A stretch of 64,000 nt of DNA from Leptospiraceae bacterium (GCA_040217195.1 JAVJNR010000004.1:832001-896000), one strand, 5' to 3'. Shown: positions 8,837-20,366, counted from the stretch's first letter. A program made the numbers and translations. The notes: generated by a model not told the origin, from the sequence alone.

Positions 8837-10744
8837 TTATGAATAAAGCTCATCTATCTGCTGCCTGAAATTCTCTTTGATTACAGGCCTTTTCATCTTC
8901 AATGTTCGAGTCATCTCTGTATCCTGATCAAAGGCTCGAGGCGAAATATAAAAACAATTTCCAGGAATCACCTCAAATGATTTGAATCCGGTCTCTTTAC
9001 TAATTAGTCCTGTGATTTGTTTTCGATACAGGTCTCTTACCGGTTTGCTCGCATCCCAGAGGTCGGTATTCTCCGGTGCTTCCTCTCCCAGGGCTCCACG
9101 AACATTTTCATATGCTGGCACAATAATGGCCCCCAGGGTTTTTTTATCATCACCCACCACCATTACCTGGTCTATGTATTCTGACTGCAACAGCTTATCT
9201 TCAATCGGAACTGGCTCAATGTTTTCTCCTCCGGCTAGTGCAATTGTATCCTTGGCTCGGCCGGCAAACATTAACTCGCCTCGCCAGTTCAAAGTCATCA
9301 GGTCACCGGTATCAAAAAATCCATCCCTATCAAAGACTGTCTCATTTAGCTGCGGACGTTTATAATAGCCCATTAGAATTTGCTCGCTCTTAACCCAGAG
9401 AGAACCTTTGGCGCCGGGAATGGATGTTACATCCTTGCCGGTATCGTCTTTGAGTTTAATCTCATATCCAGCCAGGGGCACACCCACGGTTCCGGGCGTA
9501 GGCTTTTTCAGAGTTCGTGAAGAGATCACTGCACTGGTCTCTGTCATGCCATAGCCTTCCAGTACCAGAATGCCTATAGCAGACAGAAACCGATCTACAA
9601 CTCCTGGCAATGCAGAACCTCCTGACACAGAGACTCGCAGCCGGCCCCCCAGAGCCCCTCGTATGGGAGCAAAAATCTTCATTGACAATGCCTTTAATGG
9701 CGACATCAGAATAAGCACAAATAGTGCATAACTTCTATAGAAGAAACTCAGGATAAAGTTTCGCCTCTGGACCTGGTGATCGAATCCCATGAGCACCGCC
9801 CGGTATTTAAACCAGGTGGCTCCCACAGACAGAAAGAAGTTAAAGATTTTCTGTTTACCTGCAGATTCCTTTTTGATTTTACCAATGATGCCATTGTATA
9901 TGGACTCCCAGATCCTGGGCACGGAAGGAAATATTGTGGGACGAATTTCCTTTAGATCTTCACGCAGTACATTAATATCACTTACGGTAAATTCCATGCC
10001 TTTGTAGGCCAGAGCATACTCCGCCGCTCTTTCAAAAGCATGCCAGGGAGGAAGCAGGCTTACAGCTACATCATCGCTACGGAAACCTGTTCTTTTCAAT
10101 GTTGTCAAAATAGCATAGATCCAGCCGGACTGAGAGAGCATGACTCCCTTGGGCTCCCCCGTGGTTCCGCTTGTGTAGATCAATGTAGCCAGGGCTTTCG
10201 GATCTACAGAGGCAACGGTCCTGGAAACAATAGCTGCATCCCTGGACAGAGCAGTTCTTCCTTTCTCGGCCAGAGCACCCAGGGTATGCGAGCCCTGGGC
10301 CATCTCGAAGGAATCATCCTCCATGTAGTAGATGGACTGAACGGTCGGAATCTTATCGCCCATGGACTTCAGTCGGTCCATGTCCTTCTTTTTTTGAACT
10401 ATTGCGAAATTGGCCTCTGAATGATTGGCAATGTAGGAGATATCCTCATCCGTAACGTCGGTGCCGCGCGGAACACTGACTGCGCCGGTACCTGTAATAG
10501 CAGCATCCGTAACCAACCAGTGGGTGGAGGTGTCGCACAGGAACAAAACACGATCCCCGGACTTTACACCTATCTCCAATAAGCCGGCCAGAACCTGATC
10601 GCAAAGGTCTTTTAGCTGACCAAAGGTACGGCCCCGGAGCTTTCCGTCCGGCATTCTTCGCTTGAATGTTTCTTTCCCTGGATGCTGACTTGCAGCAAGT
10701 TCCAGAATTCCGTAAAATGTCTTTGGTGTGGAATCGGAATTCAT
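8837..10744 (-). CDS. Long-chain fatty acid-CoA ligase (tandem paralog)
   Basis: YTSGTTGEPKG, EGYGMTE, TGDL, GRAKDTIALAGGENIEP. Confidence 0.92.
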   Translation of the reverse strand: MNSDSTPKTFYGILELAASQHPGKETFKRRMPDGKLRGRTFGQLKDLCDQVLAGLLEIGVKSGDRVLFLCDTSTHWLVTDAAITGTGAVSVPRGTDVTDEDISYIANHSEANFAIVQKKKDMDRLKSMGDKIPTVQSIYYMEDDSFEMAQGSHTLGALAEKGRTALSRDAAIVSRTVASVDPKALATLIYTSGTTGEPKGVMLSQSGWIYAILTTLKRTGFRSDDVAVSLLPPWHAFERAAEYALAYKGMEFTVSDINVLREDLKEIRPTIFPSVPRIWESIYNGIIGKIKKESAGKQKIFNFFLSVGATWFKYRAVLMGFDHQVQRRNFILSFFYRSYALFVLILMSPLKALSMKIFAPIRGALGGRLRVSVSGGSALPGVVDRFLSAIGILVLEGYGMTETSAVISSRTLKKPTPGTVGVPLAGYEIKLKDDTGKDVTSIPGAKGSLWVKSEQILMGYYKRPQLNETVFDRDGFFDTGDLMTLNWRGELMFAGRAKDTIALAGGENIEPVPIEDKLLQSEYIDQVMVVGDDKKTLGAIIVPAYENVRGALGEEAPENTDLWDASKPVRDLYRKQITGLISKETGFKSFEVIPGNCFYISPRAFDQDTEMTRTLKMKRPVIKENFRQQIDELYS

Positions 10745-10874
10745 TCAGTGCATTTTAGGTATGCACGGGGTCCGGCAAGCAGATTTTGGCTCGGCTCTCT
10801 TCTCAGATGAAATTCCTGTAAGATTTAATTGCCCACTGCTACCTTTCGTTGCTACTTAATATAAGAGGAAACCG

Positions 10875-11189
10875 ATGGAAAAGAACCTACCCGCTTCTTT
10901 TGATGATTTATTGAAGAGCCATGATAAACCAGTACTGGTGGATTTCTGGGCCCCCTGGTGCGGGCCCTGCAAAATGGTAGCACCGGTTCTGGAAGAGCTG
11001 GCGCGGGACTGGAAAGGCAGGATTACCATCATTAAGGTAAATACTGATGAGAAACCGGACATTGCCTCCCGGTATCAGATATCTGGAATACCTACGTTAA
11101 TTCTCTTCAAAGCAGGACAGCCTGTACATCGAATTTCCGGCGCTCTCCCTTTAGATCAGATGAAGGCTCAGTTTCAGGGGTTTCTGTAG
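10875..11189 (+). CDS. trxA: Thioredoxin
   Basis: DFWAPWCGPC active site, GIPTL cis-Pro motif, GAGG RBS. Confidence 0.93.
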   Translation: MEKNLPASFDDLLKSHDKPVLVDFWAPWCGPCKMVAPVLEELARDWKGRITIIKVNTDEKPDIASRYQISGIPTLILFKAGQPVHRISGALPLDQMKAQFQGFL

Positions 11190-11211
11190 GTTGGAATAAA
11201 TCGCACAAACT

Positions 11212-12000
11212 CTACCCGGGCTGACCAACCAGTCCGGCTAACATTGCAAATCCAATGACAACAAGCAATGCAGTGACCATTAACTGAATAGTGCGAATTG
11301 TGGCTTTTTTTAGAAATCGTTTACCCAGCAAAGCTCCAAGAAAAGCCGCAAGAACAGCCACCAGAAGAACTGTAAGATTCGCTTCTGCTAGCCTGGCCTG
11401 CATTTCCAGGCCATAGACGGTAAGGCGACCCAGATCCACAGCACAGGCAATTGCAATCCCTGTGGCCACAAATACATCCCTGGACAAACCCTGTCGCAGC
11501 AAGAATATGCTTCGCAACGCCCCTTGATGGCCGGACAATCCACCGAAGAATCCACTGAGGGAACCACCCAGGATAAGATGAGACTTGCCTTCGCTTTTCT
11601 TTGGAACCAACAATTCAAAAAAAGCAAAGAAGATGAGCAGGGAGCCCATCAAGGCTGCCAGATAGCTCACCGAAAAGTGGTATTCCCTGAACTCATAGGA
11701 ATACGCTGCTTCCTGAAAACCGCCCAGCAATGTCAGAAGATGGGCGCCCAGAATTGCCATCAAGATGGCAGGAATGCCAAATGCCAGCACCACTTTCCAG
11801 TTCACATGCTTTCGCATTAATGCAAACTTGAATAGATTGTTGGACAGATGTACGATGGCTGTGAGCGCCACAGAAAGATCCAGTGGAAAAAAGAATGCGA
11901 ATGCGGGTAGCAGTATTGTGCCCAGGCCAAAGCCGGAGAAGAAAGTTAGCAGTGATGCAATCACAGCCACCAGAGCCACGACTATGTAGACGGTTTCCAT
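11212..12000 (-). CDS. TauE/SafE family sulfite exporter
   Basis: FFSGFGLGTIL and GFFGGLSGHQGALRS motifs; multi-TM. Confidence 0.85.
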   Translation of the reverse strand: METVYIVVALVAVIASLLTFFSGFGLGTILLPAFAFFFPLDLSVALTAIVHLSNNLFKFALMRKHVNWKVVLAFGIPAILMAILGAHLLTLLGGFQEAAYSYEFREYHFSVSYLAALMGSLLIFFAFFELLVPKKSEGKSHLILGGSLSGFFGGLSGHQGALRSIFLLRQGLSRDVFVATGIAIACAVDLGRLTVYGLEMQARLAEANLTVLLVAVLAAFLGALLGKRFLKKATIRTIQLMVTALLVVIGFAMLAGLVGQPG

Positions 12001-12180
12001 AATCTCATCTCTCCAGGAGTTTCAGTCCATTAAGGAACCAGCTAATTCGGTTTTCCTTTCGTTTCGAATTGAAGACCAAACAAGCATTCCATGGTACTCC
12101 ATAAAAACCTGAGGAGACTCCAGTCCTGGTTGCCCGCCCGAGGCGGGTTCAAGCCTACTATCGAATCGATTGGAATTGGA

Positions 12181-13029
12181 TCAATTTTTCTGGAAAAGCA
12201 TAACCATGTAGGCTTTGTACTCAGAAAAGATTTCAGATCCCTGGTTTGAATACTTCACATGGAGCTTGCGAATTTTCTTTCCAAACATCCAACTCAGAAT
12301 CCTGTAAATAAACGGATAGCGCCTCTGAACGATTTCAAAGATACCCTCAAATACCGGGAAGATTTTCTCAGTAATCGTTTCCTGATAGAGGTCCATGGTA
12401 GGTGCAACAAACTTTGTTATATCTACCTTCTTCTTTAGCTTGAAGCCTTGATTGGCAGCTTCTTCCAGGAAATAATCCAGGGGATGGCCGGACTTGCTCA
12501 GTCCTGGTCGGTCCAGCTCTTTGATCCGAAAGAAATCTGCTACAAGAACGTGACCCTTTGGCTTGAGAAAGGCATGGCTTTGCTTCCAGCCCTCCTGCAT
12601 TTTGATGTACTGGCATGATTCGCTCATAAGGACCATATCGAACGGTGCAAGACCGGAGCTGGAAGGGTCAAGATTCTCATACAGATCTGTTATCGCCGCC
12701 ACTTTGCCTCCGGTATTTTCCAGAGTTTTTTCGATTAGATAGGGATCCGGGGCAAGACAGGTAACGTCATATCTCTTCTTAACAAGCTGAGTGGCAACGC
12801 CTCCGGTTCCGCAACCAACATCGAAGACCCTTTTGACGCCAGCAGGTATGTATTTCAGTAGATTTCGGACATAGGCATCCTGAGCCGAAGGAAGTGTTTG
12901 AAGAGTGGGCTTCTTTCCCTTCTCAAAATAGCCATAGTGCAGATGTTCCACGCCGAATAGCTTGTGGCCCAGCCTTAATGCAATATCATTGTAATAGGAT
13001 TTCTTATGAGAATGTTTCTTTGCGGCCAT
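12181..13029 (-). CDS. Class I SAM-dependent methyltransferase
   Basis: HLHYGYF and VFDVGCGTGG motifs, as in sterol/tocopherol-type methyltransferases. Confidence 0.85.
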   Translation of the reverse strand: MAAKKHSHKKSYYNDIALRLGHKLFGVEHLHYGYFEKGKKPTLQTLPSAQDAYVRNLLKYIPAGVKRVFDVGCGTGGVATQLVKKRYDVTCLAPDPYLIEKTLENTGGKVAAITDLYENLDPSSSGLAPFDMVLMSESCQYIKMQEGWKQSHAFLKPKGHVLVADFFRIKELDRPGLSKSGHPLDYFLEEAANQGFKLKKKVDITKFVAPTMDLYQETITEKIFPVFEGIFEIVQRRYPFIYRILSWMFGKKIRKLHVKYSNQGSEIFSEYKAYMVMLFQKN

Positions 13030-13141
13030 TGAGCTGCTACCTTACATTTTCCAGGATTGAACCGGCAGTTTTCTCTCGAACGCTGAAGGCTCAACATAAA
13101 TTCTGTACCCACAGTGCAGGATTTATTCTGCGGAGAGAACA

Positions 13142-13624
13142 ATGAGCAAGCCATATAGATTAAATGCAGGAATGATTGTCTTCAACTCCACAGGCCAGGT
13201 ACTTGCAGGGGACCGAATTCAGTATCCAGGTCATTTTCAGTTTCCCCAGGGAGGAATCGATAATGGAGAGGATCCTCAACAGGCTGCCATTCGGGAGCTC
13301 CATGAAGAGCTAGGACTTCTGCAAGAGGCTCCCGTGGGGGAGATTCCTGGATGGCTCACCTATGAATTCCCGGAAGATATTCCTGACCATCTCAAGAAGT
13401 TCCGGGGCCAGAAGCAGAAATGGTTCTACTTTCAATGGGATGGTAGTCCTGATTCATTGGATCTTGATCTGCATGAAAGGGAGTTCAATTCTGTGCACTG
13501 GATGGAGCTGGATTCCCTGGTAGCCAATATTATTCCTTTTAAAAAAGAGGTGTATGGAGCCATTGAAAAGCATGCAAGAATCTTCATACCAGACTATCTT
13601 GCTTCGTTGAAAGGGCAACGTTAA
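13142..13624 (+). CDS. rppH: RNA pyrophosphohydrolase (Nudix)
   Basis: QFPQGGID.GE...AAIRELHEELG Nudix box; RGQKQKWF; IPFKKEVY. Confidence 0.85.
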   Translation: MSKPYRLNAGMIVFNSTGQVLAGDRIQYPGHFQFPQGGIDNGEDPQQAAIRELHEELGLLQEAPVGEIPGWLTYEFPEDIPDHLKKFRGQKQKWFYFQWDGSPDSLDLDLHEREFNSVHWMELDSLVANIIPFKKEVYGAIEKHARIFIPDYLASLKGQR

Positions 13625-13739
13625 CCGCTGAAATTGCAGAACACGACTCCCGGACCGATCGATACAAAGCTGAAATGAATTCAGGGAAAATTTCTTTACA
13701 GGGTGCGAAAGAACTGTAATCAAATAGTTTCGCGCAAAT

Positions 13740-15005
13740 ATGGAGCCATTTATTCCTCCCGGATTCTCTCTGCCCCTTGCCTGGGGTATCGACTTCAGCC
13801 TTCCGCTGTTGCTACGCATGGTGCAAAATCTGGAAGGTGTCGAAATACTACCTGAAGATAAGAAAATGCTTCGGGACCTTCGAAAAGAGCGGATCCTGTA
13901 TTGTAGCAATCATCCCACCACATCGGAACCACCGGTGGCCTATGCAGTGGCCAAAGTTATGGGATCCCGTTTCCATTATATGGCCTCCCGACAGGTCTTC
14001 GACTGGGCAAATGGAATAATGGGTCGACTGATTCAGGGCGTTGGGGCCTATTCTGTGCTGGCCGGTACTGCGGACCGCGAAAGTATCAAAATGTCCAGGG
14101 CTATCCTGGCTCATCCCGGAGGCAAACTTGTGGTTTATCCGGAAGGAGAACCCACAAGCGGTGAAAACGATAGTCTCCTGCCACTTCAGCCCGGGATTGC
14201 TCAGATTGGTTTCTGGGGCCTGGAGGATGCGCGAAAGTTAGACAATTCTGCAGACATCATGGTACTGCCGGCATTCGTTAAATACGTGTATTCCGGCACG
14301 GAAGCAGCCATTAAGGGAGACATGCACTCCTCTCTGAAGAAGCTGGAGCGAAAGCTTGGCATTGATCCAGAAAACCGGAACATGCTGCGAAGATTTCTCA
14401 CAATAGGCCGAGTGCTTCTGGAGAAGGAAGAAACCAGGTATAACATATCTCCTGCCTCCCTCACTGACTGGGATTATCGTGTTGGTAGAGTGAGGCATGC
14501 CGTACTGGATCAAGTGGCCAATAAGATAGAAGTTAAGGGCTATAATCGAAATGCAGATGCAATAGAAAAGCTGCGATTTCTGCTAAGCATTCTGGAAATG
14601 ATTGCTGTGGAGTATCCTGATCCCCGTTTGCCGGAGGTAGATGAGGAGACCCGAAAATGGGCCCACAGAGAATGCGAAAAAGCCTACCTTTTTATTGTCA
14701 CTCGCCCGGAGTATTTGATTTCCCATCCATCCACGGAACGATTCTATGAATGGCTTGGAAGGTACGAGACTTATGTCCTGGGCAAGACCACGGCCAGACC
14801 CAGAAAAGCCCATGTGCGATTTACTCAACCTCTGTCGCTCACAGAGTATTATGATGACTATAAGAAGAATCGTAAGCAGGGAATCGAAATCATGCTCAAG
14901 GATCTCAAAGATTCCCTGGAAAGACTTATGGTAGAATGCCTGCAGCTTTCTCCTCCCATTGTGCGCCCATTTGATGTGGGCGATGATCCGATGGGCGATT
15001 CCTGA
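13740..15005 (+). CDS. PlsC-superfamily glycerolipid acyltransferase
   Basis: NHPTTSE (HX4E variant of HX4D) and YPEGE motifs. Confidence 0.8.
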   Translation: MEPFIPPGFSLPLAWGIDFSLPLLLRMVQNLEGVEILPEDKKMLRDLRKERILYCSNHPTTSEPPVAYAVAKVMGSRFHYMASRQVFDWANGIMGRLIQGVGAYSVLAGTADRESIKMSRAILAHPGGKLVVYPEGEPTSGENDSLLPLQPGIAQIGFWGLEDARKLDNSADIMVLPAFVKYVYSGTEAAIKGDMHSSLKKLERKLGIDPENRNMLRRFLTIGRVLLEKEETRYNISPASLTDWDYRVGRVRHAVLDQVANKIEVKGYNRNADAIEKLRFLLSILEMIAVEYPDPRLPEVDEETRKWAHRECEKAYLFIVTRPEYLISHPSTERFYEWLGRYETYVLGKTTARPRKAHVRFTQPLSLTEYYDDYKKNRKQGIEIMLKDLKDSLERLMVECLQLSPPIVRPFDVGDDPMGDS

Positions 15006-15221
15006 AACTAACAAACCTCCCTGGTGTTCGGAGCCCATGGCCTTTTTCGCGATTCGCTTCGGGAACAAGGCCCTGGATTCACTTCTCGAAAAACACAGCC
15101 CGGTAAGCCTGGCCCGCTCTAATTCTACCGATCAGCCGCCCCTATGCCCGGGATCCATTAAAACCTGTGATTCCATAAAAAAAGCTTGCTACCGAAGCCA
15201 GACACTATACATACGATTGGC

Positions 15222-16283
15222 ATGCATAGAGTAAGCTCTACTTCCCGCGGTCGGGGGGCTCTTTCCTCACCGGAAGGTCGCTTTGAAACCATTCGTCATG
15301 TTCTGGAAGACAATGAATCCCTCCCCCATCCGCAGACATCCGTAATAGAGGAGAAAGCCAAATCCATACTCACCAGGAATCAATCGCCGGATGTGCCCTT
15401 TCGCACAAGCATCAATCCCTATCGCGGCTGCGAGCATGGATGTATCTATTGCTATGCCCGGCCCGCGCATGCCTATGTGGATCTTTCCCCCGGGAAGGAT
15501 TTCGAAACCAGAATCTTCGCCAAGCGAAATGCAGTAGGCCTTCTCAGAAATGAGTTTCATAAATCAGGTTATTCGGTAGATACAATTGTCCTTGGTGCGA
15601 ATACAGACCCATATCAGCCAGTAGAACGTAATGAAAGAATAACCCGGGGAATCCTGGAACTCTGCGATGAGTACAGCCATCCGGTAGCCATTACCACCAA
15701 GAATCATCTGGTTCTGCGGGATTTAGATATTATTGAGCGACTTTCCGCCCGGGAATTGATTTCGGTGAATTTTTCCATTACAAGCCTGGATTCTAAATTG
15801 CTCACTCTTATGGAACCACGAGCCAGCACAGCTTCCCGGCGATTGATGGCATTGAAGACCCTGCGTGATCATGGAGTGCCCGCGGGCGTACTGATGGCAC
15901 CAATCATCCCTGGCCTGAACGATTCGGAGATTGAAGATATTGTGCATGCATCGGCTTCCAGTGGCGCTCTCTGGTTAACACATATCATGTTGCGGCTGCC
16001 CTATGAGGTGAAGGAGCTTTTTTGCGAATGGCTGGAGTATCATTTTCCTCAGAAGAAGGATCGAATACTGCATCTGGTGGAGAGCACACGATCTGGCAAA
16101 TTGAATGATCCCAGATTTGGCCACAGAATGAGCGGAAGCGGAAATTATGCTCAGCTAATCAACTTGCGGGTCCGGGCCGCTGTGCAGCGAAATGGAATAC
16201 CCGGTAGATACGAAATACTGCGAAAAGATCTGTTCCAGAGGGCCCCTGGAGGACAACCAGGTCTGTTCGATATGCCGGCGTAG
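15222..16283 (+). CDS. PA0069/Rv2578c family radical SAM protein (SPL-like)
   Basis: SINPYRGCEHGCIYCYAR and NTDPYQP motifs; ATG 15222 preferred. Confidence 0.9.
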   Translation: MHRVSSTSRGRGALSSPEGRFETIRHVLEDNESLPHPQTSVIEEKAKSILTRNQSPDVPFRTSINPYRGCEHGCIYCYARPAHAYVDLSPGKDFETRIFAKRNAVGLLRNEFHKSGYSVDTIVLGANTDPYQPVERNERITRGILELCDEYSHPVAITTKNHLVLRDLDIIERLSARELISVNFSITSLDSKLLTLMEPRASTASRRLMALKTLRDHGVPAGVLMAPIIPGLNDSEIEDIVHASASSGALWLTHIMLRLPYEVKELFCEWLEYHFPQKKDRILHLVESTRSGKLNDPRFGHRMSGSGNYAQLINLRVRAAVQRNGIPGRYEILRKDLFQRAPGGQPGLFDMPA

Positions 16284-16552
16284 TCGGGACCGGAAGGATA
16301 TTGCCTGAAAAGGCCAGATGGGCCATGGTGCGATTCGCAAAGCTCGGTATCCATAGTTCCGCTTTCTGGTTGATTTCCCTGTTATCGTCCCTCCCATCCA
16401 AAGATTCTGCCCATACGGTGCGAATTACAGAATCCCGGACCGTTATCTATGGTCCTCGCCGGCGTATATCTCATTGCGAGAATTCGCGAGCTAATTGATT
16501 CGAAACATATGTTTTACTTTACATCGATTTCGGTAAGAAATCCAGTTGGTAC

Positions 16553-17662
16553 ATGGGATCTGCTGGAAAACGAAATCTACTCATCACTTTAGCTGGCCTG
16601 GTGGTATTGGGACTTATATACCTGATGACCTGGCCAACGCCCATTGATCCTGTAGCGTATGAGCCTGCTGCGGCCCCATCTCTGGAGGGTCCCACCGAGC
16701 CAAACACTATCCTTCAGGATGCTCGGCTAATTCTAAAGGGAAAGATTGAAGGCCCGGAAGATGTAGCCATCGGCAAGGACGGTTGGATCTATGCAGGACT
16801 CCTGGATGGAAGAATTATTCGATTTAAATACGTTGCTACAAATAGCGGCGAGATCGTTGCGGAGGACTACGCAAATACAGATGGTCGCCCTCTTGGATTG
16901 GCCATAGGGCCGGAAGGCTCTCTTTATGTTGCGGACGGAGTCAAAGGATTACTCAAGATCAATGAAGGCCAGGTGAGTGTTCTAAGCACAGGGGCATCAG
17001 GAGTTCCCTTTGGTTTCACGGATCACCTGGACGTAGCCAGCGATGGTTCGGTGTATTTCTCGGATGCAAGTCATCGATTTGGAATCGGCGAATATCTATA
17101 CGATTTATTGGAGTCCAGACCAAATGGAAGACTCTTAAAATATGATCCAGCGACGAAGGAAACAACGGTACTTTTAGATAACCTGTATTTTGCCAACGGT
17201 GTAGCTCTTTCCTCGGATGAAAGCTTCCTGCTACTAAATGAAACCTATCGATATAGAGTCGTTCGATACTGGCTAAAGGGACCAGAGGCCGGAAAATCCG
17301 AGCTAATAATGGATAACTTGCCTGGATTTCCGGACAATATTGCCCGTAGTAGTAGAGGTACGTTCTGGCTCTGTCTGTTTACAGTAAGAAATCCTGTCAT
17401 GGATTCTCTGCACCCTTCCCCATTCATGAAAAATATTGTGGCCCGGTTGCCAAAGTTCCTGTGGCCCAAACCAGAGCCCTACGCATTTATCCTGGAAATC
17501 GATGGCGATGGTAACATTCTGCGAAGCTTGCAGGATCCGTCCGGAGAGCACTTAAAAGAAATCACGGGAGCCAAGGATAACGGTGATTTTCTGTTCATGG
17601 GCTCATTGCATAACGACCGTATTGGCGTTCTGGATCTATCCAGTATACAGGACAGGCAATAG
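16553..17662 (+). CDS. Strictosidine synthase/SMP-30 family beta-propeller (APMAP-like)
   Basis: N-terminal anchor; GPED, GRPLG, YFSDAS, FANGV and LPGFPDNI motifs. Confidence 0.9.
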   Translation: MGSAGKRNLLITLAGLVVLGLIYLMTWPTPIDPVAYEPAAAPSLEGPTEPNTILQDARLILKGKIEGPEDVAIGKDGWIYAGLLDGRIIRFKYVATNSGEIVAEDYANTDGRPLGLAIGPEGSLYVADGVKGLLKINEGQVSVLSTGASGVPFGFTDHLDVASDGSVYFSDASHRFGIGEYLYDLLESRPNGRLLKYDPATKETTVLLDNLYFANGVALSSDESFLLLNETYRYRVVRYWLKGPEAGKSELIMDNLPGFPDNIARSSRGTFWLCLFTVRNPVMDSLHPSPFMKNIVARLPKFLWPKPEPYAFILEIDGDGNILRSLQDPSGEHLKEITGAKDNGDFLFMGSLHNDRIGVLDLSSIQDRQ

Positions 17663-17738
17663 ACATACATTTTGGTCTTACCATCTGCGAAACAGAGCAC
17701 CGTAAGTCTCCAGGATCCTTAATGGGCCGCGGATTGTT

Positions 17739-19076
17739 TCATTTAGATGCTATAATTCTGGCCGCCTTTTGTCCCGATAGCAAAGCACCGTGTAACGTTC
17801 CGGGGTAGAGCGGATTACATGCCTCGCCAGCAAAGGCAATTCTTCCTTCTGGCTCGGCCAGGATCTCAAAATCCTGAAGAGAGCTTCCTGCAGCTATCAT
17901 CGAATAGGCTCCCCGGGAAAATGGATCCGAATACCAGCGAGTCCGCAAGAACCCTTTTGGGTCTGGCACTTTGCCAAACATTGCTCGTAAATCGGATAGC
18001 ACCCGATCTTTTACAAAGGATTCGCTCTTCCCTTCTAGCTCACGGGCAAAAGCACCCTGGGTAAGAGCCACAAGTACTGGTCGACCATGTAGTGGCATCA
18101 TATTCCAGAATTCAAAAAACGGACCTTTCTGCAATAGGCCCATGCGATGAAGCTCTGGTGGCCAGAAGGCATGCGAAAATAAAAGAGCTACCTTTTTCAT
18201 GGTACCCATCTTCATTCGTGCGATGGAGGACTGTTTCTTTGCACTCAATCCCGGCCGAAATTGAACGGTTCCAGATTTAAGCACACCCAGCGGCAGGGTA
18301 ACAATTGCATAATCTGCCTGATAGCTGCCCGCCGAAGTTTCCAGAGAGACTCCCGTACGGTTTTGACTGATCTGCCGCACGACCGTCCCTGCCCGAATCT
18401 TCAGTCCACGTGCCAGATACTGAGCAATTGCAGAAAAGCCAGACCCTACCATCCACTCCGGGCCCGCGAAAGCCTCATCCTCGTCCCAGTATTTCAGACT
18501 TAATTCATTCGCATCGGCGGCCAGTTCGATTTCAATTTCGGAGGCAAAATGCCAGCGCACCCCAAGATCCACAACCGTAGAGCCGCTGCCCCGGAACTGC
18601 AAGACCTGACTCATGGTGGCCCGGATGGAAGCTTCATCCTTCAGCCGCATCCCTCTCTGAAACAGTTTACGGGTAGCCTCATCAATGGCTTCGTAGGTGC
18701 GATCTTCGATCTCAGATCCATCATAGTAGAGGGCCATTGAGTCTGCATCCGTGACCAGAGTTTTCAATGAAAGACTCTGCACTATGGAAGTGAGCGGATT
18801 TGATGGACTGGCACCGTGCACCCAGGCGGCTCCCAGATCCAGAGGCATTCCCAGGGATGAATCAGTATGCATTCGCCCGCCAATACGATTTCTTGCTTCC
18901 AGAACTGTAACATCGTAACCGGCTTTTGCCAGACTGCCGGCCGCAGTCAGGCCGGCCATTCCCGCTCCTACAACCAGGACTTTCTTTGTTGGTCCTTTCG
19001 CCTCAACGATTCCCGGAGGAAACAGGGCAGCCAGAATTGCTATTTTGATAAAATCTCCGCGTCCCAGCTTATTCAT
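17739..19076 (-). CDS. Flavin monoamine/polyamine oxidase family protein
   Basis: [32 protein letters not shown]...[10 protein letters not shown]. Confidence 0.9.
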   Translation of the reverse strand: MNKLGRGDFIKIAILAALFPPGIVEAKGPTKKVLVVGAGMAGLTAAGSLAKAGYDVTVLEARNRIGGRMHTDSSLGMPLDLGAAWVHGASPSNPLTSIVQSLSLKTLVTDADSMALYYDGSEIEDRTYEAIDEATRKLFQRGMRLKDEASIRATMSQVLQFRGSGSTVVDLGVRWHFASEIEIELAADANELSLKYWDEDEAFAGPEWMVGSGFSAIAQYLARGLKIRAGTVVRQISQNRTGVSLETSAGSYQADYAIVTLPLGVLKSGTVQFRPGLSAKKQSSIARMKMGTMKKVALLFSHAFWPPELHRMGLLQKGPFFEFWNMMPLHGRPVLVALTQGAFARELEGKSESFVKDRVLSDLRAMFGKVPDPKGFLRTRWYSDPFSRGAYSMIAAGSSLQDFEILAEPEGRIAFAGEACNPLYPGTLHGALLSGQKAARIIASK

Positions 19077-19190
19077 AGTATAATCTCCTCTGGAATGGAT
19101 CGATTAAGCATAGCAATAGAGAAAGGACTACTGTTTTTTAGATGTCTTTTGTTTCTTTACAGCCAGAGGGACCGATGCTTCCCTATTGCC

Positions 19191-20366
19191 ATGCAGATCA
19201 GTCTTTCCGACAAAGCCCAGAAATTGCAGAAGGATATTCGCGCATTTATCAACGAAGTAGTAATCCCTGCAGAAAAGCATTTTGATTACGATTCTGGCCG
19301 GATGCCAGAAAATATTGTCAAAGACATTCGAAGCAAGGTCAGGACGGCAGGATTCTGGACTCCACATCTGCCCGAATCCGAGGGCGGCCTGGGGTTGAAT
19401 ATGATGGAAACCGCAATCATATTCAGCGAACTGGGCCGAAGTCCCATCGGCGCTTTTATGTTCAATTGCGATGCACCGGATGAAGGAAACATGCATCTTC
19501 TCAGCCTGGCTGCAAGCCCGGAGCAGAAGAAGCGCTTTCTGGAGCCTCTAATCGCTGGAGAGATTCGTTCGGGCTTTGCCATGACCGAGCCACCTCCGGG
19601 AGCCGGCTCTGATCCCAGTTCACTCACTGCCAATGCGGTGAAGGATGGAAACCGATACATTTTAAATGCGCACAAATGGTACTGCACCGGAGCCTATGGT
19701 GCATCCTTTCTCATAGTCATGGCCCGGGTGGCAGGCAGCTTTCGCAAAACTACTATGTTTCTTGTACCCACCGATGCACCGGGGTACAAAATGATTCGAG
19801 AAATAGATACCATGGGCTCCCATGGCCCGGGCGGACACTGCGAATTAAAGTTCGAGGATGTGGAAGTGCCCGAGGAAATGGTACTGGGTAAAGTGGCCCA
19901 TGGATTTCGCTTGAGTCAGGAAAGACTGGGACCTGCCAGGCTTACTCATTGCATGCGATGGATTGGACTGGCCAGACGCTCCATGGAGATCGCTAGAAAG
20001 TATGCGAAAGAAAGGCAGTTATTTGGATCTCATCTTGCGGATCATCAGGGGATCCAGTGGATGTTTGCAGATTCTGCTACAGAAATTGAGGCTTCGCGTA
20101 TGCTTACTTTGAAAGCTGCCAGCGAACTTGTGCAGGGAAAGGATGCCAGACATAGCCTTTCCATGGCCAAGCTCTACACCAGCGAAATGTTAACTCGAGT
20201 CATCGACCGAGCCATCCAGATTTGCGGCAGCCATGGCTATAGCCGGGATCTACCTCTGGAATGGTTTTATAGAGATGCCCGGGCAGCACGCCTGGCAGAC
20301 GGCCCATCCGAAGTACATCGAATGGTAATGGGACGAGGATTGATGAGCGGAAAGGAGAACTTCTAA
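19191..20366 (+). CDS. Acyl-CoA dehydrogenase, ACAD10/11 (LvaC-like) subfamily
   Basis: [31 protein letters not shown] and [10 protein letters not shown] motifs; ATG 19191. Confidence 0.9.
   Translation: MQISLSDKAQKLQKDIRAFINEVVIPAEKHFDYDSGRMPENIVKDIRSKVRTAGFWTPHLPESEGGLGLNMMETAIIFSELGRSPIGAFMFNCDAPDEGNMHLLSLAASPEQKKRFLEPLIAGEIRSGFAMTEPPPGAGSDPSSLTANAVKDGNRYILNAHKWYCTGAYGASFLIVMARVAGSFRKTTMFLVPTDAPGYKMIREIDTMGSHGPGGHCELKFEDVEVPEEMVLGKVAHGFRLSQERLGPARLTHCMRWIGLARRSMEIARKYAKERQLFGSHLADHQGIQWMFADSATEIEASRMLTLKAASELVQGKDARHSLSMAKLYTSEMLTRVIDRAIQICGSHGYSRDLPLEWFYRDARAARLADGPSEVHRMVMGRGLMSGKENF

Noticed and set aside
15222..16283. Calling this gene spore photoproduct lyase, or part of an SOS cassette
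   Set aside because: Motifs fit the PA0069/Rv2578c family; no convincing LexA box or partner gene seen
18867..19190. N-terminal extension of the acyl-CoA dehydrogenase ORF
   Set aside because: Overlaps the divergent amine oxidase; family-like sequence begins at ATG 19191
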